A DNA stretch of 48,031 nucleotides, from NCBI GenBank assembly GCA_036275415.1, contig DASUDW010000142.1, forward strand, positions 1-48,031, given 5' to 3'. Of this stretch, positions 7,687-16,524 are shown in pieces. This DNA is from Chitinophagaceae bacterium (lineage in GTDB: Bacteria > Bacteroidota > Bacteroidia > Chitinophagales > Chitinophagaceae). The notes beneath the pieces were generated by a model, which was not told where the DNA came from, did no database searches, and was given only the letters and a program-made list of their open reading frames with translations. A program made the translations under genes and the position numbers. Position 1 is the first letter of the stretch, and every line of letters begins with the position of its first letter.

Positions 7687-9351
7687 GTGAACACATTTGA
7701 ATCCCTGGGATTAGAGCAGGGTTTGTTGAACTCTATCCAGGCATTGGGTTTTACCCAGCCCACACCCATCCAGGAAAAAGCTATACCTGTTTTGTTGCAG
7801 GGCACCAAAGACTTTGTGGGCCTTGCTCAAACCGGAACGGGTAAAACTGCTGCCTTCGGCCTGCCTTTGCTCCAGCTTATTAATAAGGAAAACCGTTTTC
7901 CGCAGGCACTTATCATTTGCCCTACCCGTGAACTATGCCTGCAGATCACGGCAGACCTGGAGAAATTCAAGTCAAAAAAAGACCATATCGGCGTCACCGC
8001 AGTTTATGGCGGAGCATCTATCGGTGACCAGATCCGGAGTCTGAAAAAGGGCACACATATCGTTGTGGCCACCCCTGGCAGGCTGATAGACCTGATCGAA
8101 AGAAAGGCCATCAACCTTGAAGGCATTTATTATGTGGTACTGGATGAAGCAGATGAAATGCTCAATATGGGGTTCAAGGATGATATTGAGTTTATACTGA
8201 AAAATACCCCCAACCGCCAAAGCACCTGGCTTTTCAGCGCCACCATGCCGCCGGAAATCAGGCAGGTAAGCAAACGGTACATGGACAATCCGTTTGAGGT
8301 TACCATCGGTAAAGTGAATTCGGGCAATGCCAATATTGACCACCAGTATTACCTTACCCAGCATGCGAACCGGTACGAAACCCTGAAAAGGATCATTGAC
8401 TTCAACCCCGGTATTTACGGTATCATTTTTACCCGTACCAAGGCAGATGCACAGGAAATAACCGAATCACTGATCCGTGAAGGCTATGATATTGAAGCGT
8501 TGCATGGCGATTTGACGCAGGCACAACGGGATAAAGTGATGGCCCGTTTCCGGGAAAAAAGTATTCAGTTATTAATTGCTACGGATGTGGCAGCAAGGGG
8601 AATAGATGTACAGGGCATCACCCATGTCATTAATTACGAACTGCCGGATGATACCGAAGTGTATACCCACCGCAGCGGAAGAACGGGAAGGGCAGGCCGC
8701 AGTGGCATATCTATCTCAATTGTAACGCCAAAGGAAATTTACCGATTACGGCAAATTGAAAAACTGGTAAAGACACAGTTTCATAAAATGGATATACCCA
8801 GCGGTAAGGATGTATGCCGCAAACAGTTTTTCCATTTCATTGATAAAATGCTGCAGGCGGATATCAGTCACGGCGAATACGAAACATACCTGCCGGTGCT
8901 GAAAGAGAAGTTTGAACATGTGGAAAAGGAAGAAATATTACAGAAAGTAGCGGCATTGGAGTTTGACCGGTTCCTGAAGTATTATGAAAACGCTGCCGAT
9001 CTCAATATGCGGGAAGAAAGAAAGGGAGAACGCCGGGGTGAAAGAACGGAAGGAAGAAGTACAAGGGATACAAAAGGAAGAAGTTTTGCCGGTGGCGGTA
9101 ATTACCAACGGTTGTTCGTCAACCTGGGGACCAAAGATGGTTTTTACAAAGCCAGTTTCCTGCAGTTCATCCTTGATATGAGCGACCTGCGAAAAGATGT
9201 GCTGGGCAGGATTGATATGAAAGAAATGAATAGCTGGGTGGAAGTAGACGCATCAGCAGCTAAGAAAATGATCAAGGCGATTGACGGGAAAAATTACCGG
9301 GGCCGTAAGATCCGTATGAATGATGCGGAGACGGGAGGTAAACGAAAATAA
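7687..9351 (+). CDS. DEAD-box RNA helicase with C-terminal DbpA-type RNA-binding domain
   Basis: Q motif, AQTGTGKT, PTREL, TPGR, DEAD, SAT, ARGID, HRSGRTGRAG; GTG start. Confidence 0.95.
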   Translation: MNTFESLGLEQGLLNSIQALGFTQPTPIQEKAIPVLLQGTKDFVGLAQTGTGKTAAFGLPLLQLINKENRFPQALIICPTRELCLQITADLEKFKSKKDHIGVTAVYGGASIGDQIRSLKKGTHIVVATPGRLIDLIERKAINLEGIYYVVLDEADEMLNMGFKDDIEFILKNTPNRQSTWLFSATMPPEIRQVSKRYMDNPFEVTIGKVNSGNANIDHQYYLTQHANRYETLKRIIDFNPGIYGIIFTRTKADAQEITESLIREGYDIEALHGDLTQAQRDKVMARFREKSIQLLIATDVAARGIDVQGITHVINYELPDDTEVYTHRSGRTGRAGRSGISISIVTPKEIYRLRQIEKLVKTQFHKMDIPSGKDVCRKQFFHFIDKMLQADISHGEYETYLPVLKEKFEHVEKEEILQKVAALEFDRFLKYYENAADLNMREERKGERRGERTEGRSTRDTKGRSFAGGGNYQRLFVNLGTKDGFYKASFLQFILDMSDLRKDVLGRIDMKEMNSWVEVDASAAKKMIKAIDGKNYRGRKIRMNDAETGGKRK

Positions 9352-9388
9352 TTTTTATTATCCTGTTGGAAGTACGGAACCCAAAAAC

Positions 9389-9396
9389 TACATTTG
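9389..9396 (+). promoter_or_regulatory. -7 promoter element of the aromatic amino-acid operon
   Basis: TACATTTG, with TTG at 9366-9368 as possible -33; 4 nt upstream of the leader ATG. Confidence 0.65.
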
Positions 9397-9400
9397 TTTC

Positions 9401-9490
9401 ATGACATTGACAAAGGCATACTGGAGCTATTATTTTTATTACTTCTTTTTTGGAAAGAGGCCGGGAATGCTTTTGTTGAAATTAAAGTGA
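9401..9490 (+). CDS. Attenuator leader peptide (29 aa) MTLTKAYWSYYFYYFFFGKRPGMLLLKLK
   Basis: Translated by hand, below the ORF-track size cut-off; 10 of 11 consecutive codons are aromatic; lies directly upstream of a terminator and pheA. Confidence 0.9.
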   Translation: MTLTKAYWSYYFYYFFFGKRPGMLLLKLK

Positions 9491-9515
9491 ACAACTAAAA
9501 AACGCAACATAAAGG

Positions 9516-9548
9516 AAGTCCCGGCCAGAACAGGCCGGGATTTTTTTT
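9516..9548 (+). terminator. Attenuator (conditional) terminator
   Basis: TCCCGGCC-agaaca-GGCCGGGA plus T8; the 5' arm can pair alternatively with GGCCGGGA at 9459-9466. Confidence 0.9.
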
Positions 9549-9567
9549 GATTTGAAAATCTGAACTG

Positions 9568-10464
9568 ATGACGGATAAGAAAGCAAATAAACCAGGGGCT
9601 GGCAAAACAAGCGGAGATGCAAGTTCCCTTTTCCGGGGAGGCGGAATTGCTATTCAGGGTTACGAAGGCAGTTTTCACCAGGTTGCAGCGCAGCACTTCT
9701 TTGGTAAAAAAGTGCAGGTGATCTGCTGCGATACTTTTAAAGAAGTAGTAAAAACAGCATCCCATAAAAATGAAAGTGACGGCGGCGTAATGGCCATAGA
9801 AAATTCCATAGCAGGCAGCATATTGCCCAATTACAACCTGCTGCATAAAAGTAACCTCTGTATTGTTGGTGAAGTGTATTTGCAGATACGGCAGAACCTG
9901 CTCGTAAACCCCGGTGTGCAACTTAAAGATATCCGGGAAGTTCATTCACATACAATGGCCTTGCAGCAGTGTTATGAATACCTGGATAAGTATAAATGGA
10001 AGCTGGTAGAAACAGATGATACCGCATTAAGTGCCAAGCATATCCACCAGCACAAAAGCAAACATATTGCGGCTATTGCCAGCAAACTGGCAGCTGAGTT
10101 GTATCAGTTGGATGTGATGGCCCCCAATATTCATACGATGAAGAACAACTATACCCGGTTCTTATTGTTGCAGCGGCATGACAGGGCCTTGCCGGTGGAA
10201 GGAGCCGATAAGGCATCGGTTAGTTTTCATACTGACCATAGCAGGGGAAGCCTTGCAAAAGTGCTGACAAAAATTGCAGAGGGTGGAATAAACCTGAGCA
10301 AACTGCAAAGTTTCCCGATACCCGGCTCTGATTTTAAATATGCTTTTCATGCAGACCTGGAATTTGATTCCACTGAACATTTTAACAAAGTGGTTGAAAC
10401 AATTAAACCGTTAACGGAAACAATCAAAATTTACGGAGTATATAAAAGAGGGCTATGGAAATAA
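9568..10464 (+). CDS. pheA: Prephenate dehydratase with ACT domain
   Basis: IAIQGYEGSFH, AIENSIAG, SHTMALQQC, NYTRF, LSKLQSFP. Confidence 0.93.
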   Translation: MTDKKANKPGAGKTSGDASSLFRGGGIAIQGYEGSFHQVAAQHFFGKKVQVICCDTFKEVVKTASHKNESDGGVMAIENSIAGSILPNYNLLHKSNLCIVGEVYLQIRQNLLVNPGVQLKDIREVHSHTMALQQCYEYLDKYKWKLVETDDTALSAKHIHQHKSKHIAAIASKLAAELYQLDVMAPNIHTMKNNYTRFLLLQRHDRALPVEGADKASVSFHTDHSRGSLAKVLTKIAEGGINLSKLQSFPIPGSDFKYAFHADLEFDSTEHFNKVVETIKPLTETIKIYGVYKRGLWK

Positions 10465-11624
10465 AAACCAGTAATAGATTGAATGGAATCGGCGAATATT
10501 ACTTCTCTCAAAAACTTCGGGAGATCGATGAGTTGAATAAGGCCGGTAAAAATATCATTAACCTGGGCATCGGCAGTCCTGATATGTCGCCTCACCCGGA
10601 GGTGATTAAAGTGCTGCAGGAGGAATCAATTAAACCTAATGTTCATGCTTATCAATCGTACAAAGGTTCACCGGTGCTGCGAAAAGCCATGAGTAACTGG
10701 TATAAACAATGGTACGAAGCGGAACTTGATCCGGACACAGAGATATTACCGCTGATGGGAAGTAAAGAAGGAATCATGCATATCTGTATGACCTATTTAA
10801 ATAAAGGCGATTGGGTACTTGTGCCTAATCCCGGTTATCCTACTTATAGCAGTACAGTTAAACTGGCGGGAGGTAAATGTGTTGAATATAAATTATCAGT
10901 AAAAAATAATTATGAACCTGATTTTGATAAGCTGAATAAAAAGAATTTGCAGAAGGTTAAACTAATGTTTGTCAACTACCCGCAAATGCCCACCGGGCAG
11001 TTGCCTTCTGCAGCGTTGTTTAAAAAGTTGGTGGCTTTTGCTAAGGAAAACAAGATTTTGATTATACATGACAACCCATACAGTTTTATTCTTAATGACA
11101 ACCCATTGAGTTTTTTAAGCATTGACGGGGCAAAGGATTGTGTGATAGAATTAAACTCATTAAGCAAAAGCCATAATATGGCCGGCTGGCGGATTGGTAT
11201 GTTATGCGGGGCTAAACAACGAGTCGAAGAAGTGCTTCGTTTTAAGAGTAATATGGACAGCGGTATGTTTTTACCGGTACAGCTGGCAGCGGCCCGTGCT
11301 TTATCGCTGGGTAAAGAATGGCACGAAGCAATAAATTTGGTTTACCGGCAAAGAAGGGAAAAAGTGCTGGAACTATTGGACCTGCTGGGATGTACCTATG
11401 CAAAAGAACAAGCCGGTATGTTTGTGTGGGCCCGCATCCCTTCTGCTTATGCCAATGGTTATCAGCTTAGCGATGAACTGATGTTGAATGCAGGAGTGTT
11501 TATTACACCCGGCGGTATCTTCGGCAGTGCCGGTGAAAAATATATACGGATAAGTTTATGTAATAAAGAAGAAAAACTGGGAGAAGCAAAACAAAGAATA
11601 ATTATTTCATGGAAAAAAAAGTAA
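10455..11624 (+). CDS. Class I/II PLP aminotransferase (probably aromatic or prephenate aminotransferase by context)
   Basis: NLGIGSPD, GSKEGI, PNPGYP, DNPY, SLSKSHNMAGWRIG. Confidence 0.88.
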   Translation: MEIKTSNRLNGIGEYYFSQKLREIDELNKAGKNIINLGIGSPDMSPHPEVIKVLQEESIKPNVHAYQSYKGSPVLRKAMSNWYKQWYEAELDPDTEILPLMGSKEGIMHICMTYLNKGDWVLVPNPGYPTYSSTVKLAGGKCVEYKLSVKNNYEPDFDKLNKKNLQKVKLMFVNYPQMPTGQLPSAALFKKLVAFAKENKILIIHDNPYSFILNDNPLSFLSIDGAKDCVIELNSLSKSHNMAGWRIGMLCGAKQRVEEVLRFKSNMDSGMFLPVQLAAARALSLGKEWHEAINLVYRQRREKVLELLDLLGCTYAKEQAGMFVWARIPSAYANGYQLSDELMLNAGVFITPGGIFGSAGEKYIRISLCNKEEKLGEAKQRIIISWKKK

Positions 11625-12457
11625 TTACAATACTTGGCACCGGCCTTATCGGCGGTTCACTTGCCCTTCAGCTGCATGAGAAGAAACTTTCTTCCCGGTT
11701 AATCGGCGTGGATGAAAATAAAGAGCATGCAAAGATGGCCCTTGAACTGGAACTGGTGGATGAAATTTTACCGTTGGAGGAAGCCATTCGTCAATCAGCC
11801 GTAATCATCCTCGCCATCCCGGTTGATGCATTGGTTACATTGTTACCGGCGGTGCTGGATAAAATTGACAGGCAAATTGTAATTGACCTCGGCTCCACAA
11901 AATCACAATTGATTGAAGTTGTAAAGGATCACCCTAACAGGGGAAGGTATGTTGCCACACACCCGATGTGGGGTACCGAATACAGCGGACCCAAAGCGGC
12001 CGTAAGGGGAGCCTATGAAAATAAGGCAGTGATCATCTGCAATGCCGCAGATACGGATGCGGATGCGCTGGAATGGGTAAAGCACATGTATAAAAAGATC
12101 GGGATGCACCTGCTGGATATGGATGCCGCGGCGCATGACCTGCATGCAGCTTATGTCAGCCATATTTCACATATTACTTCTTTTGCCCTGGCCAATACCG
12201 TTCTGGAAAAGGAAAAAGAAGAGAATGCCATTTTTGAAATGGCCAGCGCCGGTTTTGAAAGCACCGTTCGGCTGGCAAAAAGCAGCCCCGCTATGTGGGT
12301 GCCCATCTTTTTGCAGAACAGGGAAAATATAGTGGATGTGCTGGATGAGCATATTGCGCAGCTGAAAAAATTCAGGGAGCTGATCGTACAGGAAAATAAA
12401 GAAGGATTGAGACAGGTTATCACAGAAGCCAATAAAATTAAAAGCATCATCCGGTAA
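11609..12457 (+). CDS. tyrA: Prephenate dehydrogenase
   Basis: GTGLIGGS Rossmann motif, DLGSTK, HPMWGTE, HDLHAAYVSH, RLAKSSPAMW. Confidence 0.93.
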   Translation: MEKKVITILGTGLIGGSLALQLHEKKLSSRLIGVDENKEHAKMALELELVDEILPLEEAIRQSAVIILAIPVDALVTLLPAVLDKIDRQIVIDLGSTKSQLIEVVKDHPNRGRYVATHPMWGTEYSGPKAAVRGAYENKAVIICNAADTDADALEWVKHMYKKIGMHLLDMDAAAHDLHAAYVSHISHITSFALANTVLEKEKEENAIFEMASAGFESTVRLAKSSPAMWVPIFLQNRENIVDVLDEHIAQLKKFRELIVQENKEGLRQVITEANKIKSIIR

Positions 12458-12458
12458 T

Positions 12459-12989
12459 ATGCGTACCAAAAGGGATAAACTGCTCTGTGTGGCTGCGCTC
12501 ATCACTTTCATCATCGGAAGTATCAATGCGGCCGAGTATTTTTTGGCAGGCAAAGATTATTTATACAAGAAAACAGCGATAGTGGAAAAAGTAACCCATG
12601 CACTGCACGAAAACAGAAAAGGCATTTTATATGAAGAAACAACCATCTGGCTTCAGCAGGTAAAAGGCAAGTTTTATGTCTATGACAAGGCCGATGACGG
12701 CGGTCATGTAGAAGTAGAAAAAGGCGATACCGTTACCGTTTATGCACGTAAATTGTTGCAGCCTTTGTATAATTATGATTACAGGAGCAATCTCTTTTAT
12801 GTGGAGGGCAACGGAAGAATGATCTATAACAACCTGGCGCAGTGGAAAGCCCCTGCATTTACATACATGTGTATTTCCCTCGGTTGTTCCCTTTTCCTGC
12901 TGATCATGTACCTCGACCAGGTAAAGAATGTCTCCATCAGCAACTGGTGGCAGCAACGGATGACAAACAAAAAAAAGAATGAAGGCTAA
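12459..12989 (+). CDS. Hypothetical two-TM membrane protein
   Basis: Hydrophobic segments at both ends with a beta-rich loop between; starts 1 nt after the tyrA stop. Confidence 0.7.
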   Translation: MRTKRDKLLCVAALITFIIGSINAAEYFLAGKDYLYKKTAIVEKVTHALHENRKGILYEETTIWLQQVKGKFYVYDKADDGGHVEVEKGDTVTVYARKLLQPLYNYDYRSNLFYVEGNGRMIYNNLAQWKAPAFTYMCISLGCSLFLLIMYLDQVKNVSISNWWQQRMTNKKKNEG

Positions 12990-13007
12990 AGAGTTAAATT
13001 TGTAACA

Positions 13008-14096
13008 ATGAATGTAACAGAACAAATCGCTCCGAAAGAAATTCTTTCTGTGTGGCATAAACGTCCGCTTATCATCAGCGGCCCCTGCAGTGCAGAAACC
13101 GAAGAACAGGTATTGGCCACCGCAAAACGACTGGCCGCTACCGGTAAAATAGACATGCTTCGTGCCGGCATCTGGAAACCCCGTACCAAGCCTGGTATGT
13201 TTGAAGGAGTTGGGGCCAAAGGGTTGCCCTGGCTGCAGCAGGCCAAAAAGCTGACCGGTTTGCCCACTACGGTGGAAGTAGCTACGGCCAAACAGGTACA
13301 GGATGCACTGACCTTTGATGTAGATGTACTATGGATCGGGGCCCGTACAACGGTCAATCCCTTCAGTGTGCAGGAAGTGGCAGATGCCCTTCGCGGAGTG
13401 GATGTGCCGGTAATGATCAAGAACCCGATCAATCCCGACCTGGAATTATGGAGCGGTGCAGTAGAAAGGGTAGCAAGGGCAGGAGTAAAACAAATTGGCC
13501 TGATCCACCGTGGCTTTAGCTCCTACGGCAATACCGAATACAGAAATGCACCTATGTGGCACCTGGCCATTGATATGAAACTGAAACATCCCGACCTGCC
13601 GCTGATAAATGATCCATCACATATTTGCGGCCGCAGGGATATTTTACTCGATGTAATGCAGAAAGCCATCGACCTAGATTATGACGGCCTGATGATTGAA
13701 AGTCATATAGACCCGGACAATGCCTGGAGCGATGCCAAACAACAGGTAACGCCTGAACGGCTTGCTGAACTGCTTGACCAGATCATCTGGAGAAAAGAAG
13801 ATGTAAACTCGGAAGAATACCATGCGGCGCTGGAAGCGTTGCGCCAGAAGATAAACCACCTGGATGATGAAATGATGCAGATACTAAGCCAGCGGATGAA
13901 AATTGCAGAACAAATTGGCCGGTATAAGAAGGATAATAACATTACCATTTTGCAGACCAGCCGGTGGAATGAGATCATTGAAAGGGCCAGCGTCAAAGGA
14001 GAGAAACTGGGATTGAGCAAAGAGTTCATCACGAAATACCTTGATGCGGTGCACATGGAAAGTATCAATCACCAGAAAAAAGTACTGGATAGTTAG
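13008..14096 (+). CDS. Bifunctional DAHP synthase (type I-beta-like) with C-terminal chorismate mutase
   Basis: SGPCSAE, RAGIWKPRT, WIGART, KNP, DPSHICG; C-terminal LRQKINHLD...RMKIAEQIGRYKK (AroQ-type). Confidence 0.92.
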   Translation: MNVTEQIAPKEILSVWHKRPLIISGPCSAETEEQVLATAKRLAATGKIDMLRAGIWKPRTKPGMFEGVGAKGLPWLQQAKKLTGLPTTVEVATAKQVQDALTFDVDVLWIGARTTVNPFSVQEVADALRGVDVPVMIKNPINPDLELWSGAVERVARAGVKQIGLIHRGFSSYGNTEYRNAPMWHLAIDMKLKHPDLPLINDPSHICGRRDILLDVMQKAIDLDYDGLMIESHIDPDNAWSDAKQQVTPERLAELLDQIIWRKEDVNSEEYHAALEALRQKINHLDDEMMQILSQRMKIAEQIGRYKKDNNITILQTSRWNEIIERASVKGEKLGLSKEFITKYLDAVHMESINHQKKVLDS

Positions 14097-14097
14097 G

Positions 14098-14134
14098 TAA
14101 CCCCGTCAGCGGTTAAAAACCCTGACGGTGGTTA
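14098..14134. repeat. REP-like intergenic palindrome
   Basis: TAACC-CCGTCAG-CGGTTAAAAACC-CTGACGG-T-GGTTA imperfect hairpin with no T tract, inside the operon. Confidence 0.55.
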
Positions 14135-14166
14135 AAGACACCTTCGGTGGTTAATAATGAAAGAAG

Positions 14167-15186
14167 ATGAAACACCTTAATATAAAATTTTCATCGGGCT
14201 CAACGGATTTGTTCTTCGCTTCAGGTATCAGCCATTTGAAAAAAATTACTGATCCTAAAGCAACGGTGCTGATCACTGATGAGAATGTGTACAGTGCCCA
14301 CCCCAAACGCTTCAAAGGCTGGAACACCATTGTGCTGAAACCCGGTGAAGCTTTTAAGGTGCAGTCAACAGTTGATGCAATCATTGAACAGCTTATCGCC
14401 ATGGAAGCCGACCGTAAAACAACACTGGTGGGGGTTGGCGGCGGTGTTATAACCGATATCACCGGTTATGTGGCATCGGTGTATATGCGTGGGCTCCGGT
14501 TTGGGTTTGTGCCTACATCTGTATTGGCATTAGTGGATGCTTCCGTTGGCGGCAAGAACGGTATCGATGTGGGAGTGTATAAAAATTTAGTCGGCATCAT
14601 CCGTCAGCCTTCCTTCATCCTGCACGACATGGTTTTTCTCAACAGCCTGCCGCAAGCAGAATGGGAAAATGGTTTTGCTGAGATCATCAAACATGCCTGT
14701 ATAAAAGATGCGGCATTGTTTGCCGAACTGGAGAATAAAGACCTGAAACATTTTCAGAAACATCAAAAATCAATATGTGAGTTGATTCAGCGTAACACAC
14801 TCCTAAAAATTAAAGTGGTCCAAAAAGATGAATTTGAAAAAAGGGAAAGGCGGTTACTGAATTTTGGACATACGCTGGGCCATGCACTGGAGACACAGTA
14901 TGAACTGCTGCACGGGCAGGCCATTTCCATCGGCATGACCTATGCCTGTCATTTATCCGAACAGCTTTGCGGCTTTACACAAACACAGCGGGTAGTTGAT
15001 CTGCTGGCAACATACAACCTGCCCACCTATGCCCGGTTCGACAAACAGAAAGTTTTCAATGTGCTGAAAATGGATAAAAAGCGGGAACGAAAAGAAATGA
15101 ATTATGTACTGCTGGAAAAGATTGGAAAAGGAGTGGTGAAGTCCATCACCTTACAACAATTGGAGCGGCTAATTGATAAATTATAA
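14167..15186 (+). CDS. aroB: 3-dehydroquinate synthase
   Basis: GGGVITD, DASVGGKNG, AEIIKH, LNFGHTLGHALE, LHGQAI, DKK. Confidence 0.95.
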   Translation: MKHLNIKFSSGSTDLFFASGISHLKKITDPKATVLITDENVYSAHPKRFKGWNTIVLKPGEAFKVQSTVDAIIEQLIAMEADRKTTLVGVGGGVITDITGYVASVYMRGLRFGFVPTSVLALVDASVGGKNGIDVGVYKNLVGIIRQPSFILHDMVFLNSLPQAEWENGFAEIIKHACIKDAALFAELENKDLKHFQKHQKSICELIQRNTLLKIKVVQKDEFEKRERRLLNFGHTLGHALETQYELLHGQAISIGMTYACHLSEQLCGFTQTQRVVDLLATYNLPTYARFDKQKVFNVLKMDKKRERKEMNYVLLEKIGKGVVKSITLQQLERLIDKL

Positions 15187-16521
15187 ATGAATCATTCAAA
15201 AAAGTATACGGTACGAATTGATCCTTTAGGGGAAAGGGCTTTACAAGGCGCCATCCAGGCGCCGGCTTCCAAAAGTTCTATGCAAAGGGCCTGTGCGGCT
15301 GCTTTATTGAGCAAAGGGGAAACAACAATTCTCAACCCCGGGCATAGTAATGATGATAAAGCGGCCCTGACTATCATAAAAGCTTTAGGAGCAGAAGTGG
15401 CAATGGATGGTAATAAGGTATATGTTAAAAGCGAAGGATGGCCATTCACCACTAACTCATCTCCACTTACAATTGATTGCGGCGAAAGTGGCTTGAGTAT
15501 CAGAATGTTTACCCTGCTGGCAGCCTTAAGCGATAAAGAAATCACCCTTACCGGATCGGGCAGCCTGCTCACAAGGCCCATGGATTTTTTTGATGAAATA
15601 TTGCCCCAACTCGGAGTGAACGTAAAAAGCAACCAGGGGAAATTACCCATTACCATACAAGGTCCCTTGCAGCCAAAAAATATTGAAATAGACGGCTCCC
15701 TTAGTTCACAATTTTTGACAGGCCTGCTGATGGCGTATGCGGCCGCCGGGGCCAAAGGGGTATCCATCAACGTAAAAAACCTTACAAGCAAACCCTATAT
15801 CGATTTAACGCTGGATGTAATGCAGCAGTTTGGATTAACGATACCGGAAAACAGGAACTATGAAGAGTTTATATTCCCTATCGGGCCGGCTCATATTTCT
15901 GAACCTATCACTCGTAACTATACAGTTGAAGGTGACTGGAGCGGCGGTGCATTCCTCCTGGTAGCCGGTGCTGTTGCTGGTCCCATAACAGTAAGAGGAC
16001 TCGATCTTACATCCACCCAGGCAGATAAAGCCATCGTTGATGCAATGATGGCGGCCAATGCGGCTATTGCAATGGATGCAAAAGGGATTACTGTTCATCC
16101 CGCTGATATGAGTGGTTTTTATTTCGATGCTACTGATTGCCCGGATTTGTTTCCGCCATTGGTGGCGCTGGCAGCTTATTGCAAGGGTATAACAACAATT
16201 AAAGGTGTATCCAGGTTAACCCATAAAGAAAGTAACAGGGCACTGGCCTTACAGGATGAATTTGATAAGATGGGAGTTTTTATTGAACTGAAAGAGGATA
16301 ACATGATAGTGCATGGCATATGTAAAGTGAAAGGGGCTGATGTGCATTCGCACCATGACCATCGCATTGCCATGGCTTGTGCCGTGGCCGCACTGAAAGC
16401 AGACAGTGAAACGGTTATTGAAGAAGCGGATGCAGTAAAAAAATCCTATCCTGATTTTTATACGGATTTGAAAAAGCTGGGGGCTGATGTATCTTTACCA
16501 ATCACACACTTCAACTTTTAA
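15187..16521 (+). CDS. aroA: EPSP synthase
   Basis: ASKSSMQR, CGESGLSIR, RPM, SSQFLTG, KESNR, HHDHRIAM, KSYPDF. Confidence 0.95.
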   Translation: MNHSKKYTVRIDPLGERALQGAIQAPASKSSMQRACAAALLSKGETTILNPGHSNDDKAALTIIKALGAEVAMDGNKVYVKSEGWPFTTNSSPLTIDCGESGLSIRMFTLLAALSDKEITLTGSGSLLTRPMDFFDEILPQLGVNVKSNQGKLPITIQGPLQPKNIEIDGSLSSQFLTGLLMAYAAAGAKGVSINVKNLTSKPYIDLTLDVMQQFGLTIPENRNYEEFIFPIGPAHISEPITRNYTVEGDWSGGAFLLVAGAVAGPITVRGLDLTSTQADKAIVDAMMAANAAIAMDAKGITVHPADMSGFYFDATDCPDLFPPLVALAAYCKGITTIKGVSRLTHKESNRALALQDEFDKMGVFIELKEDNMIVHGICKVKGADVHSHHDHRIAMACAVAALKADSETVIEEADAVKKSYPDFYTDLKKLGADVSLPITHFNF

Positions 16522-16524
16522 GCT

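Noticed and set aside
9439-9945. 168-aa minus-strand ORF across the attenuator and pheA
   Set aside because: Antisense to pheA with no recognisable motif
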